From assembly GCA_041483195.1 (NCBI GenBank), contig JBGPFC010000012.1, forward strand, positions 33,364 to 97,363: a DNA stretch of 64,000 nucleotides. Direction: 5' to 3'. The notes under the pieces were generated by a model that saw nothing but the letters and a program-made list of their open reading frames with translations, ran no database searches and was not told the DNA's origin. How positions within the stretch are numbered: the stretch's first letter is position 1; every line of letters starts with the position of its first letter. Source of the DNA: Candidatus Eiseniibacteriota bacterium (lineage in GTDB: Bacteria; Eisenbacteria; RBG-16-71-46). The position numbers and the translations under genes were made by a program. Of this stretch, positions 27,062-37,359 are shown piece after piece.

Positions 27062-28147
27062 CTATTGCGGCCTGCCATCGGGCTCGGTCCGCGGGGCCGC
27101 GCCGCGCTCCATCCTCCGCCGATCGAACCACTCGAGCCACTCGATGGCGAAGTAGAGCAGCACGGCGAGCGCAGCCACCAGCGCGACAGCCGACATGCGC
27201 GGCAGGGTCGAGAGCAACGCCGCCATCGCGCCGCACAGCGCGCACAGTCCCCAGAGCGTGAACAGCGTGCCGCGCCGCGAGAGCCCGAGCCTCAGCAGCT
27301 TGTGGTGAATGTGCTCGGTGTCGGCGTGGAACACCGGGCGCCCCTGCACCAGGCGCCGCACGAATGCCACCACGCTGTCCGCGATCGGCACGCCCATCGC
27401 GACCAGCGGGAACAGAAGCGTCACCGCCGCGGTGCCCTTGCGATTCTCGAGCAGCGAGACCGCGGCGAGCGTGAGCCCGAGGAACTGGCTGCCGGTATCT
27501 CCCATGAACACGCGCGCGGGAGGGAAGTTGTAGCGCAGGAACCCGCCGGTCGCGCCGATCAGCAGCGCCGCGATGAACATCACGTAGAAGTCGGCGTGCG
27601 AGCGTCCCACCCACCAGAGCGTCGCGCTCGCGATCAGCACCGCGCCAGAGGCCAGGCCGTCGAGCCCGTCGATCAGGTTGATGGCGTTGGTCACGACCAG
27701 CACCCACGTCACCGTGAGCGGGATGTTGAGCGCGCCGGAGGCGAAGGGCTCGCCGAGCGGGTTCGAGAGCAGCGGCACGCCGTAGCCGAACAACACCAGC
27801 ACCAGCGCGGCGCTCGCCTGGATCCCGAGCTTGGCCCACGGCGTGGTGCCATGCAGATCGTCCACCACGCCGAGCGCGAGCATCGGCACCGAGGCGAGCG
27901 TGAGCCCGAGCAGCGGCCGCACGTCGAGTTCCGCCGCCGGCCCCGGCAGCGCACGCGCGAGCCACGCCACGCCCAGCACCGAGGCGGCGAGCGCGAGCCC
28001 GCCCAGCGTGGGCACCGGATCGCGATGGATGCGGCGTGGCCCGGGAAGATCGAGCGCGCCGACGCGGTGCGCGAAGCGCATCACCAGCGGCGTCGCGAGC
28101 AGCGCCACGGCGGCGGCGGCGAGCGAGAGCGAGAGCGAGTACGGCAT
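27062..28147 (-). CDS. Undecaprenyl-phosphate GlcNAc-1-phosphate transferase (WecA/MraY family)
   Basis: PTLGGLA, GVVDD, NAINLIDGLDGLA, NFPPARVFMGDTGS, HIHHKL. Confidence 0.92.
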   Translation of the reverse strand: MPYSLSLSLAAAAVALLATPLVMRFAHRVGALDLPGPRRIHRDPVPTLGGLALAASVLGVAWLARALPGPAAELDVRPLLGLTLASVPMLALGVVDDLHGTTPWAKLGIQASAALVLVLFGYGVPLLSNPLGEPFASGALNIPLTVTWVLVVTNAINLIDGLDGLASGAVLIASATLWWVGRSHADFYVMFIAALLIGATGGFLRYNFPPARVFMGDTGSQFLGLTLAAVSLLENRKGTAAVTLLFPLVAMGVPIADSVVAFVRRLVQGRPVFHADTEHIHHKLLRLGLSRRGTLFTLWGLCALCGAMAALLSTLPRMSAVALVAALAVLLYFAIEWLEWFDRRRMERGAAPRTEPDGRPQ

Positions 28148-29019
28148 CAGCGGGACTTCAGCGCGTTGTGCGCGAGCATCAGGCCGGCGCGGCAGTAGAT
28201 GAGCGCGACCGCGAGCGCCTCGACCAGCGGGTTCGCCGGATGGTGCTTGTGGAAGTAGTGGATCATGCCGCGATGGCGCGCCACGATCACGCGCGCCGCG
28301 ACCCGCCCCTTGCTCGCCCCGATGTGGTGGACCACGACCGCCTCCGGCACGTACACGTTGTTCCAGCCGCCGAGCTTCATGCGGCGGCACCAGTCCACGT
28401 CCTCGTTGAACATGAAGAACGCCTCGTCCATGCCGCCCACCCGGTCGATCGCCTCGCGCCGCGCCATCAGGCACGCGCCCGAGAGCCAGTCCACCTCGCG
28501 CGCGCTCGCGTGATCCCAGTCGCTCATCAGATAGCGCCGCGAGAAGCGGTTGTTGGGGAACAGCCGCGTGAGCAGCGAGTAGCGATTGAACAGGAACGTG
28601 AGCTGATCGGGAAACGCGCGCGCCGAGTATTCGAGCGTGCCGTCCGGGTTCAGGATCTTCGGGCCGGCGATCGCGACCCGCGGATGGGCGCGCAGGTGGG
28701 CGAGCAGCGCGAGGGCCGCGCCCGGCCGCAGCTCGCAGTCGGGGTTCATCACCAGCGCGAACTCGCCGCGGGTCGCCGCCAGCCCCTGGTTCACCGCTCG
28801 GGCGTAGCCCACGTTCCCGGCGTTCGCGATCGCGCGCGTGGCGGCGGAGCCGGCCGCGGGCGCGCGGGCCGCCAGCGCCTCGAGGGTGCCGTCGCGCGAG
28901 TCGTTGTCGACGACCACGACCTCGGCCGCGAGGCCGCGCGTCTCACGCTCGAGGCCCGCGAGGCAGCTCAGCAGGGCCTCGCGCGAGCGGTAATTGACGA
29001 TGATGACGGAAAGATCCAT
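28147..29019 (-). CDS. Glycosyltransferase family 2 (WbbL-like)
   Basis: IIVNY, VVDNDSRD, NPD, WLSGAC, EDVDWC. Confidence 0.9.
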   Translation of the reverse strand: MDLSVIIVNYRSREALLSCLAGLERETRGLAAEVVVVDNDSRDGTLEALAARAPAAGSAATRAIANAGNVGYARAVNQGLAATRGEFALVMNPDCELRPGAALALLAHLRAHPRVAIAGPKILNPDGTLEYSARAFPDQLTFLFNRYSLLTRLFPNNRFSRRYLMSDWDHASAREVDWLSGACLMARREAIDRVGGMDEAFFMFNEDVDWCRRMKLGGWNNVYVPEAVVVHHIGASKGRVAARVIVARHRGMIHYFHKHHPANPLVEALAVALIYCRAGLMLAHNALKSR

Positions 29020-29228
29020 GCGGGGCGGGCGACTCTCCGCGACAGGGCAGGGGGTAGCGAGCGGGAAAATCCTAGCATCGCGCGCGGTCGGGGCGTTAGC
29101 GCGAGGTCATGCGAACGGGCGCGATTGCACGTCCGAGCCTCTCCCCACGAAGCTCTCCGGGCCCGATCCGTGAACCGGCCCGCTCGCGCCGGGCATTCTG
29201 GGACAGGGCCCGCGAGCAGCGCAAACGA

Positions 29229-29714
29229 TTATTCGCCGCCGGGCTCGGGGGTCGCGAGCGGCCGGCCGAGCGCGGCCTCGAGCCACGCGCGCAGCCGCGC
29301 GACGTGAGTGCCCATCCAGTACCACTTGCCGCAATGCGGGCAGTAGTGAAGCGACTTGGCGGAGCGCAGCACGCGGCCCGGCACCTCGCCCACCGCCTCG
29401 AACGGCGTGCGCCGCTGAAGCGCGGCGTTGCATTGCGGGCAGCGGCTGAAAGGAGGGCCGGCGGGCTCGTGGGCGCCCGCGATCGCGCGCAGCGCGGCCG
29501 CCGCGTCGCGAGGCGCCACGATCACCGGCACGTCGGCGAACGCCCGCGGATGCCGCGCGCTCAGCGTGATCACGGTGCGGCCGTCGCACCGCGCCGCCTC
29601 GAACAGCTCCTCGAGGCGCGCGCCGTGCACCGACGCCACGTCGAATCCGAGCATGCGCAGGCGCCGCGCCAGCAGATCGAGCGAGGTCTCTGCAATCAGG
29701 CGCGCGGCGGGCAT
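29229..29714 (-). CDS. Mut7-C (PIN) domain protein with Zn ribbon
   Basis: LARRLRMLGFD, FSRCPQCN, CPHCGKWYWMGTH. Confidence 0.85.
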   Translation of the reverse strand: MPAARLIAETSLDLLARRLRMLGFDVASVHGARLEELFEAARCDGRTVITLSARHPRAFADVPVIVAPRDAAAALRAIAGAHEPAGPPFSRCPQCNAALQRRTPFEAVGEVPGRVLRSAKSLHYCPHCGKWYWMGTHVARLRAWLEAALGRPLATPEPGGE

Positions 29715-29829
29715 GGGCGCACCCTAGCGACGGGGGATGGGCGCGACAAGCGCCTTAACCCCGCGCTCGCGGCCGAGTTCGGCGAGAGCGGTTGACGCGC
29801 GGGCGCAGCTGCCCCAACCTGTCCGGTCT

Positions 29830-31029
29830 ATGGATTCGGCCAGACCCGCGGGGCCCGCGCGCGCGCAGGATGCGCAGGACGGCCCCTCCTCCACCCTCGA
29901 TCGTCGCCATTTCCTGATCCTCGCCGGCGCCGCGGCAGCTTATGCCACGCTCCGGCCAGGCTTCGCCGAGGCGCGCCGCGACGACACCCGCAACGGATTC
30001 CTCCAGCCCTGGTCGCTGCCCGACGATCTGCCCGCGACCCAGGTCGAGGTGGCGCGCGCGCTGATCGCCGCCGCCGTGCTCGCCCCCAGCGACTGGAACA
30101 CGCAGCCCTGGCACTTCGAGGTGGACGGCAGCACCATCCGCATCGTCGCCGACCCGAAGCGCGCGCTGCCCGCGACCGATCCCGATCGCCGCGGCATGAT
30201 GATCGCGCTCGGCGCGTCGCTCGAGAACCTGCTGATCGCCGCGCGCTCCTACGGCCTGCGGCCCACCGTGACGTACATGCCGCACGATGGCGCGGCCGGA
30301 GTGGTCGCCGAGGTCGCGTGGAGCAACGGCGAGCCGCGGCGCGATCGCGCGCTGTTCGCCGCGATCCCCGATCGCCGCACCAACCGTCGCGACTTCGACG
30401 GGCGCGCGATCTTCGCGCAGAACCGCGCGCAGCTCACCGCGCAAGTGCCGGACGGGCTCGCGCTCCACTGGATCGACGAGCGCGACCCGCTGCGCGAGGC
30501 CGCCGACCTCGCGTACGAGGCCACTCACACGCAGATCATGGACCCGCGCGCGCAGGCCGAGCAGTTCTCGTGGTTCCGCTTCGACGAGGAAGCGAAGAAA
30601 CGCGGCGACGGCATCCCGGCCGACGCGCTCGAGCTGAGCGGCCCATCGAGCTGGCTCGCGGGGCGCTACTTCAACCCGAACAGCTGGTTCATTCGCTTCG
30701 GCGCCGAATACGCGGCCAAGCAGGCGCGCGGGCAGGTGCACTCGGCCGGCGCGGTCGCGCTGCTCACCTCCGCCCGGCGCGACGAGACGCAATGGCTGAT
30801 GGGCGGCCAGACCTACGAGCGCTTCGCGCTCAAGGCCACGCAGCTCGGAATCGCGCAGCACCCGATGAGCGCGCCGATCGAGGTGAGCCGCCACCGCGGC
30901 GACCTGCTCACGCTGTTCGGCGCCAAGGGCGAGGAGCCGCTCATGCTGGTGCGCCTCGGCCACGCGAAGCGCCCCGACCCGCTCCCGCGACGCAGCGTGA
31001 GCGTGGTGGCGACCTTCAGGAACACGTAG
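29830..31029 (+). CDS. Acg-type FMN nitroreductase-family protein with Tat signal
   Basis: DRRHFL twin-Arg; LAPSDWNTQPW; RRTNRR; RLGHA; start uncertain. Confidence 0.82.
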   Translation: MDSARPAGPARAQDAQDGPSSTLDRRHFLILAGAAAAYATLRPGFAEARRDDTRNGFLQPWSLPDDLPATQVEVARALIAAAVLAPSDWNTQPWHFEVDGSTIRIVADPKRALPATDPDRRGMMIALGASLENLLIAARSYGLRPTVTYMPHDGAAGVVAEVAWSNGEPRRDRALFAAIPDRRTNRRDFDGRAIFAQNRAQLTAQVPDGLALHWIDERDPLREAADLAYEATHTQIMDPRAQAEQFSWFRFDEEAKKRGDGIPADALELSGPSSWLAGRYFNPNSWFIRFGAEYAAKQARGQVHSAGAVALLTSARRDETQWLMGGQTYERFALKATQLGIAQHPMSAPIEVSRHRGDLLTLFGAKGEEPLMLVRLGHAKRPDPLPRRSVSVVATFRNT

Positions 31030-31074
31030 GGCGCACCCCGAAGCGCGGGCCGGCACAGCCCGGGCCCTCGCGCC

Positions 31075-32466
31075 CTACCCGCCGCCGCTCACCGTCATCT
31101 CGCCGATCAACAGCGTCGGGCTCACCACATCGCCGTCCCACTTGAGGTCGTTCCCCACCGCGGCCACGTTTTTCAGCATGTCGAGCGAGTTGGACGCGAC
31201 CGTGATGCCGTCCACCGGGTACGTCTTCGCGCCGCCCTCGATCCAGAAGCCCGCCGCCTGGAACGAGTAGTCGCCGGTCACGGAGTTGAAGCCGAACGAG
31301 CCCTGATCGTCCATGTAGAACCCGCGGTCCACTTTCTTCAGGATCGCATCGGGCGACTCTGCGCCGGGCTCGATGTAGAGGTTGTGATAGCCGATGCCGG
31401 GCACCGACGAGTAGCCGCGCACCGCGCTGCCGGTCGAGCGCGTGCCGGCGCGGCGCGCGTGATAGATGTCGTAGAGGAACATGGCGCAGGTGCCGCGATC
31501 GATCAGCACGTTCCTCCGCGTCGCCACGCCCTCGCCGTCCCACGGTCCGCTCCCGACGCCGCCCGGCAGGCGGCCGTCGTCCACCAGCGTCACGAGCGGC
31601 GACGCGATCGCCTGCCCGAGGCGGTCGGTGAGCCACGATTCCTTCTTGATCACGGATTCGCCGCTCCAGGCGTCGTGCATCTCGGAGATCCAGGAGGCCG
31701 CGACGTCGGGGTGCATGACGACCGGCACGCGCGCGGAGGGCACGGTGCGCGCGCCGATGCGCTCGACCGCGCGGCGCGCCGCCTCGCGCGCGATCTCCTC
31801 CATGGCGGGCAGCTCGCGCAACCAGCGCCTCGTGATGCCGTAGTAGCCGGTCTGCTGCTTGCCGTCGCGATCGTCGGCGAGCGCCACGATCGAAGCGCTG
31901 ATCGCGGTCCCCGACGAGACGCGCGTGAGCCCGAGCGAGTTGGCGAGCGCGGTGGTGCCGTCGCGACTCGTCACCCGGGTGCGGTCCACGCGCGTGATGC
32001 GCGGATCGAATGCGAGCGCGACGCGCTCCAGCTCGATCGCCATCGCGATCTTGTCATCCGCTGGCAGTGCGAGCACCGCGGAATCGTAGAGGGCGAGATC
32101 CAGCGCGGCGGGCGTGCCCGCCTCGAGCGGCCCGGGCATGGCGTTCGCGGGATCGGGGGTGGAGAAGCGTGCGAGCGCCACCGCGCGGCGCGCGAGATCG
32201 TCGAGCGCCGCGGGCGAGAGGTCGGTGCTCGACACGAAGCCCTGCGCGCCGCCCACGATCACGCGCAGGCCGAGCCCGCGCGTCGCGCTCTGCTTCAGGC
32301 TCTCGATCTGCGCGTTGCTCGCGCACACGGTGAACGCGCGCGAGCTCTGCACAACGGCCTCGGCTGCATCGGCCCCGGCGCGCCGCGCGCGCTCGACGGC
32401 GTCGGCGGCGAGCGCCTCGAGCGCGGCGGGCGGCGCGATCGGCTCGGAGGTCTGCGGATCGTTCAC
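31075..32466 (-). CDS. pmbA: TldE/PmbA family protein
   Basis: GLGLRV, WDGEGV, NSVTGDYS; no HExxxH; GTGA overlap with tldD. Confidence 0.88.
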   Translation of the reverse strand: MNDPQTSEPIAPPAALEALAADAVERARRAGADAAEAVVQSSRAFTVCASNAQIESLKQSATRGLGLRVIVGGAQGFVSSTDLSPAALDDLARRAVALARFSTPDPANAMPGPLEAGTPAALDLALYDSAVLALPADDKIAMAIELERVALAFDPRITRVDRTRVTSRDGTTALANSLGLTRVSSGTAISASIVALADDRDGKQQTGYYGITRRWLRELPAMEEIAREAARRAVERIGARTVPSARVPVVMHPDVAASWISEMHDAWSGESVIKKESWLTDRLGQAIASPLVTLVDDGRLPGGVGSGPWDGEGVATRRNVLIDRGTCAMFLYDIYHARRAGTRSTGSAVRGYSSVPGIGYHNLYIEPGAESPDAILKKVDRGFYMDDQGSFGFNSVTGDYSFQAAGFWIEGGAKTYPVDGITVASNSLDMLKNVAAVGNDLKWDGDVVSPTLLIGEMTVSGGG

Positions 32467-33905
32467 GTGGCCGTCCCCCCGACGATGATCTCGCGGAACC
32501 GAACGGTGGGCTGTCCGACGCCGACCGGCTTCCACTGGCCGTCCTTGCCGCAGCTGCCGGTGGTGCCGTCGATCTCGAGATCCCCGGCGACCGCGTCGAT
32601 CTTGAGCATCGCGTCGTTGCCGTTGCCGGTGAGCGTCGCGTTGCGCACCGGGACCGTCAGCGCGCCGTTCTCGATCTGCCACGCCTCGGTGACCTGGAAC
32701 GAGAAGTTGCCGTCGGCGGGATTCACAGAGCCGCCGCCCAGGCTCTTGCAGTAGAGCCCGCGCGTCACGTCGGCGATCAGCGCGGCGGGCGCGAGCGGCC
32801 CGGCCTCGATGTAGGTGTTGGTCATGCGGCACAGCGGAAAATCGCGGAACGAATTGCGGCGCCCGTTGCCGCTGGGCTCGTTGCCGGTGAGGCGCGCGTT
32901 CAGCAGGTCCCACATGTAACCGACCAGGATGCCGTCATCGACCAGCACCGTGCGCCGTGCCTGCGTGCCTTCGTCGTCCACGCGGAACGACCCGCGGCTG
33001 TAGGGCACGATGCCGCTGTCGACGATGGTCACGCCTTTCGCGGCCACCTGCTGGCCGAGCTGCGACGCGCGGATCGAAGTGTGCTTGCGGATGGTGTCGC
33101 CTTCCATGCTGTGCCCGAAGCACTCGTGCACCATGACCCCACCCCAGCCCGGCGAAACCACGACCGGATACGCGCCGGCCTCCGGCTCGCGGGCGCCGAG
33201 CAGCGTGATCGCCGACCCCGCAGCGTCGGCCGCGATCGCCTCGGGGGTGCGCACGGCGTCGAAGTAGCCCGCGTCGACCGAGCCGCCGCCGGCCGCGAAG
33301 CCCTGCTGCCGCTGGTCGCCATCGAGCGCGAGCGCCGTGACCGTGAGCCGCGACAGGTACTGGCGGTCGTCGGCCCACACGCCGTCGCTGTTCGCGACGA
33401 TGAACGACTTGGACGCGTCGGCGAGCGAGACCGTGACCTCGTGAATGCGGCCGTCGTGCGCGCGCGCGGTGTGGTTCGCCCGCTGGATCAGCGCGACCTT
33501 CGCCTGCTCGTCGAGCGCGATCGGCGCGGGGCGCTCGAGCGTGAACGGCGGCGGCGCCTGCACCACGCGAAACGCGATCGGCTTGCCGTTCCCCGCCGCG
33601 CCGCTCGCGATGCGCCCCGCGACCCGCGCGGCCTCGCGCAGGTCGTCCGGCGCGAATCCGTCGGCGTACGCGTAACCGGTCTGCTCGCCCGTGATCGCGC
33701 GCACCCCGACCCCTTGCGCGACGGAGTACGCCGTGGTCTTGAGCCGGTCCTCCTCGAGTGAGAAGGAGGTGTGCACCGTGTACTCGCCGTACACCTCCGC
33801 GAGCTCGGCGCCCTTTGAGCGCGCGAGCGTGAGCAGCTCGGCGACCAGCTCGCGGGAAAGCAGCGTGGCGAGATCGGGAGTTGCGCGCAGCGCGGTCGTG
33901 GTCAT
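32463..33905 (-). CDS. tldD: TldD metalloprotease
   Basis: HECFGHSMEGD, DDEG, GNGRR, RMTNTYI, CGKDGQ...VGQPT. Confidence 0.92.
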   Translation of the reverse strand: MTTTALRATPDLATLLSRELVAELLTLARSKGAELAEVYGEYTVHTSFSLEEDRLKTTAYSVAQGVGVRAITGEQTGYAYADGFAPDDLREAARVAGRIASGAAGNGKPIAFRVVQAPPPFTLERPAPIALDEQAKVALIQRANHTARAHDGRIHEVTVSLADASKSFIVANSDGVWADDRQYLSRLTVTALALDGDQRQQGFAAGGGSVDAGYFDAVRTPEAIAADAAGSAITLLGAREPEAGAYPVVVSPGWGGVMVHECFGHSMEGDTIRKHTSIRASQLGQQVAAKGVTIVDSGIVPYSRGSFRVDDEGTQARRTVLVDDGILVGYMWDLLNARLTGNEPSGNGRRNSFRDFPLCRMTNTYIEAGPLAPAALIADVTRGLYCKSLGGGSVNPADGNFSFQVTEAWQIENGALTVPVRNATLTGNGNDAMLKIDAVAGDLEIDGTTGSCGKDGQWKPVGVGQPTVRFREIIVGGTAT

Positions 33906-34022
33906 CGGTTCCCCGTGGGCGGCGGGGTCGAGGGCGACCCCGGCCTCCATGGCACTCGAACGCTAATCATGGCGCGTAGTCTCGCTCGGGGCGGGCCGGC
34001 GAGCAAACGGGTGAAGCGCGCT

Positions 34023-35093
34023 TCAGTGTTTCGTGGGCTTGATGCGCGCGCGCAGCGAATCCGCGATGGCCCGCGCGCGCAGCGAATCCGCGGCGCCCGG
34101 CGCCTGCAGCGAGTCGGCGGGGGGAAACACCGGCGGCCCTGCGTCGCGCAGCGCCGCGACGATCTCCTCGGCGGTCACGTCGGTCGCGTGCGGATTCTCG
34201 GGCAGCGAACGCCATGGCGAGCGCAGGGTCCATGCGAACTCGCCGAACACCAGCACCGGCGTACCCGGCCGCAAGATCGTGCGGCCGTCCGGCGAGAGCC
34301 TCCACTGCTCGCACCACGCGTAGATCCACTGCGCGTCCTGGGCGAGCAGCCGCACGCACGAGTGGCTCGCGGGATGCCCGGGCAGCTCGTACTCGTGGAG
34401 CGAGACGCCCTCGAAATTCTGGATGTTGACGTACCACTTGAGCAGCCACGCCTCGTCGATGGTGCTGAAGCGCTCCGTGTCCTTCCAGTTCGTGTGGTAG
34501 AGGCCGACCGGCGTGGGTTTGGCCTTGCGACCGCTGCTGGTCGGGCCCCAGCGCACGAGCCGGCCGCTGTCGTAGGCCGCGAATGCCTGCACCCGCAGCG
34601 CGATCAGCAGCAGCTTCGAGCTGTCGCGCGCCGCCTCGAGCGTGCGCGGAAACGGCGCGAGCGCGAGCGAGTCGCGCGACGGATCGGGAACGATCAGCGG
34701 CTCTCCGATGCGCACGAACGCGCTGTCGAGGCGGTTGACCTTGAGCGTCTCGAGCCATCCGGCCGGTCCCAAGGAGTCCCGCAGCGCCGTGAGCGCGCGC
34801 GCGCCGGCGGGGCGCACGCGCAGGTAGCGCGGAGCGGGGGAGGGAGGAGGCGTCGGCGCGGGTAGAGGCACCGGCACCGGCGAAGGCGCGGCCACGCGAG
34901 ACGTGGCGGCCGAGGATTCCGCGGGCGCCGCCGCCGAATCCGCCACGCGAGTCGCGGCCGGCGCGACGGCCGCGCGCTCGTTGGTCGCGGACTTCCGGTC
35001 GCAGCCGGCGCAGGTGACGGCGAGCACGATCAGGGCTGCGGTCGTCACGCGAGACCACATCTCCACCCGATGCCACCCCTCCGGCGCGCGCAC
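34023..35093 (-). CDS. L,D-transpeptidase (YkuD) family, probable lipoprotein
   Basis: TCAGC lipobox-like; GPTSSG, TPVG, LHEYELPGHPASHSCVRL; alternative start 35060. Confidence 0.88.
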   Translation of the reverse strand: MRAPEGWHRVEMWSRVTTAALIVLAVTCAGCDRKSATNERAAVAPAATRVADSAAAPAESSAATSRVAAPSPVPVPLPAPTPPPSPAPRYLRVRPAGARALTALRDSLGPAGWLETLKVNRLDSAFVRIGEPLIVPDPSRDSLALAPFPRTLEAARDSSKLLLIALRVQAFAAYDSGRLVRWGPTSSGRKAKPTPVGLYHTNWKDTERFSTIDEAWLLKWYVNIQNFEGVSLHEYELPGHPASHSCVRLLAQDAQWIYAWCEQWRLSPDGRTILRPGTPVLVFGEFAWTLRSPWRSLPENPHATDVTAEEIVAALRDAGPPVFPPADSLQAPGAADSLRARAIADSLRARIKPTKH

Positions 35094-35161
35094 GATGGGC
35101 CCATTCTAGTCGGTCTAACCCGCTGTCTGGCAAGTCGCTGCGGAGCCGGCGAGAAAGATTC

Positions 35162-35206
35162 TTGACGGACCGCCGGCCGGACGATAACTTACTGACCAGT
35201 CAGTAA
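35162..35206 (+). promoter_or_regulatory. sigma70 promoter with overlapping TetR-type operator
   Basis: TTGACG (35162)-17 bp-TAACTT (35185); perfect palindrome TTACTGAC-ca-GTCAGTAA at 35189-35206. Confidence 0.8.
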
Positions 35207-35237
35207 TCAATTGGACCATCGGTTCGAGGAGGCACAC

Positions 35238-35954
35238 ATGGCGGCCACGAACGGCAGGACGCGCGCATCGAAGCCCCCGCGCGGCGCGCCCGCGCGGCGT
35301 GGCGCCCCGGCCCCGCGCTGGCACCGGCGCAAGGAGGCGCGCCCCGCGGAGATCATCGCGGCGGCGCTCGAGAGCTTCACCGAGCACGGGTACACCGCGA
35401 CCAAGCTCGAGGACGTCGCGCGGCGCGCGGGCGTCACGAAGGGGACCATGTATCTCTACTTCGAGAGCAAGGAGGCGCTCTTCAAGGCGACGGTGCGCGA
35501 GACCGTGGTGCCGGCGATCGAGCGCGGCGAGCAGACCATCGAGAATTTTCGCGGCAACACGCGCGACCTGCTCGCCACGTTCTTCCGCGGCTGGTGGGGC
35601 GCGGTCGCGGGCCCGGGCTCGCGCATGGGCGGCCTCCCGAAGCTGATGATCTCCGAGGTCGCGAACTTTCCGGAGCTGGCGAAGTTCTACCACCGCGAGG
35701 TCGTGCAGCGTGGCCGCCGGCTCACGGCGCGTATCCTCGAACGCGGGATCGAACGCCGCGAGTTCCGGGGCGTGGACGTCGACTACGCGGTGCGCGTGAT
35801 CATGGCGCCGCTCATCCTGGGCGCAATCTGGAAGCACTCGATGCAGCGCTGCGAGTCGGGGCCGCTCGACTTCGAGCGCTACATCGGGACCACCATCGAT
35901 CTCGCGCTGAACGGGCTCGCCCGTCCCGCACGGAAGGAGGGGGCTCGTGCGTAA
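35238..35954 (+). CDS. TetR/AcrR family transcriptional regulator
   Basis: GAGGAGG RBS; HTH FTEHGYTATKLEDVARRAGVTKGTMYLYFESKEALF. Confidence 0.93.
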   Translation: MAATNGRTRASKPPRGAPARRGAPAPRWHRRKEARPAEIIAAALESFTEHGYTATKLEDVARRAGVTKGTMYLYFESKEALFKATVRETVVPAIERGEQTIENFRGNTRDLLATFFRGWWGAVAGPGSRMGGLPKLMISEVANFPELAKFYHREVVQRGRRLTARILERGIERREFRGVDVDYAVRVIMAPLILGAIWKHSMQRCESGPLDFERYIGTTIDLALNGLARPARKEGARA

Positions 35955-37329
35955 CGTCCGATTCGCAGCGACGCTCGTCACGCTGGCCACGCTCGTCGTG
36001 ATTCCCGGCGCGCCGCGGGCCCGCGCCGAATCGGCGCCCGCCGCGCCCGCCGCGGCCGCGGCCGGCGCACGACGGCTCTCGCTCGCGGAAGCGGTGTCGC
36101 TCGCCTCCGCGAACGCCCCGCTCGTGAATCTCGCGCAGCAGAAGGCCGCAGAGGCCGACGCGAAGGTCGTTCAGGCGCGCGCCGTGTTCCTGCCGGGGCT
36201 CAGCGGGTCCGCTTCGGCCACCAACCGCACGTTCAACCTCGAGGCCCAGGGCATCAAGTTCCCAGCGGCTCCCGGGCAGCCGGCGCTGCAGGAGCCGATC
36301 GGGCCGGTGGACAACGTGGACGCGCGGCTGCGCGTGACGCAGACGCTGTTCGATCTCTCGGGCTGGGCCAGGACCCGCGCGGCGGGCCATGGCGCACGGC
36401 AGGCGCGCGCCGAGCGCGGCACCAGCGTCGAGGGCGCGGCGCAGGGCGCGGCGGTCGCCTACCTGCGCGCCGCGCGCGCGGAGGCCGTGGTCGCCGCCCG
36501 CGCGGCCGACGAGGATCTCTCGGTGCAGCTGCTCGCGCTCGCGGAGGCGCAGCTCTCGGCCGGGGTCTCGCCTGCGATCGACGTCACGCGCGCCCGCACC
36601 CAGCTCGCCACCGCGCGCGGCCAGCTGCTGGTCGCGCGCAATCAGCACGATCGCGCGCAGATCGACCTCGCGCGCGCGCTCGGGCTCGATCCCACGACGC
36701 GCTTCGATCTCGCCGACACGCTCTCGAGCGATCTCGGCGCATCGACCGCGCCCCTGGACCCGGCCTCGGCGCTGACCCTCGCGCGCGAGCGACGGCCCGA
36801 TCTCGCCGCGGAGCGCGCGCGGCGCGCGAAGGCCGGCGCCGACAAGCTCGCGATCGCGGCGGAGCGGCTTCCGCGCGTCGATGCGGCCGCCGACTACGGG
36901 CTCTCCGGCGAGCACGGGCCGGACGCGATCGCCACCCGCACCTTCTCGGTGGGCCTCACGCTGCCGCTGCTCGACGGCCTGCGGCGCGAGGGCCGGCTCG
37001 CCGAGCAGGGCTCGATCGTGCGCGAGTCCGACATTCGCACCCGCGACATCGAGGACCAGATCGCGGCCGAGGTCGAGGGCGCTTTGCTCGATCTGGGCTC
37101 CGGTCTCGAGCAGCAGAGCGTGGCCCGCGAGCAGCTCGCGCTCGCCGGTCAGGAGCTCGACGAGGCGAAGGACCGCTTCGCGAGCGGGGTCGCCGGCAAC
37201 ATCGAGGTCATCAACGCCCAGGTCGCGCTGAATCGCGCGCGCGACGCCGACATCGACACGCGTTACGTGGTCGCGGCCGCGCGCGTCGCGCTGGCTCGCG
37301 CCGCCGGCGTCGCCGACAGCATTCGCTAG
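35947..37329 (+). CDS. TolC family outer membrane efflux protein
   Basis: LSLAEAV, FLPGLS, RPDL, LPLLDG; position in the efflux operon. Confidence 0.9.
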   Translation: MRNVRFAATLVTLATLVVIPGAPRARAESAPAAPAAAAAGARRLSLAEAVSLASANAPLVNLAQQKAAEADAKVVQARAVFLPGLSGSASATNRTFNLEAQGIKFPAAPGQPALQEPIGPVDNVDARLRVTQTLFDLSGWARTRAAGHGARQARAERGTSVEGAAQGAAVAYLRAARAEAVVAARAADEDLSVQLLALAEAQLSAGVSPAIDVTRARTQLATARGQLLVARNQHDRAQIDLARALGLDPTTRFDLADTLSSDLGASTAPLDPASALTLARERRPDLAAERARRAKAGADKLAIAAERLPRVDAAADYGLSGEHGPDAIATRTFSVGLTLPLLDGLRREGRLAEQGSIVRESDIRTRDIEDQIAAEVEGALLDLGSGLEQQSVAREQLALAGQELDEAKDRFASGVAGNIEVINAQVALNRARDADIDTRYVVAAARVALARAAGVADSIR

Positions 37330-37359
37330 CCCATCCCTCACCCCCACGAGGAAACCACG

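Noticed and set aside
29830..33905. RiPP cluster (TldD/E + flavoprotein)
   Set aside because: No precursor peptide, YcaO or radical SAM gene; the genes are convergent and TldD/E are commonly housekeeping.
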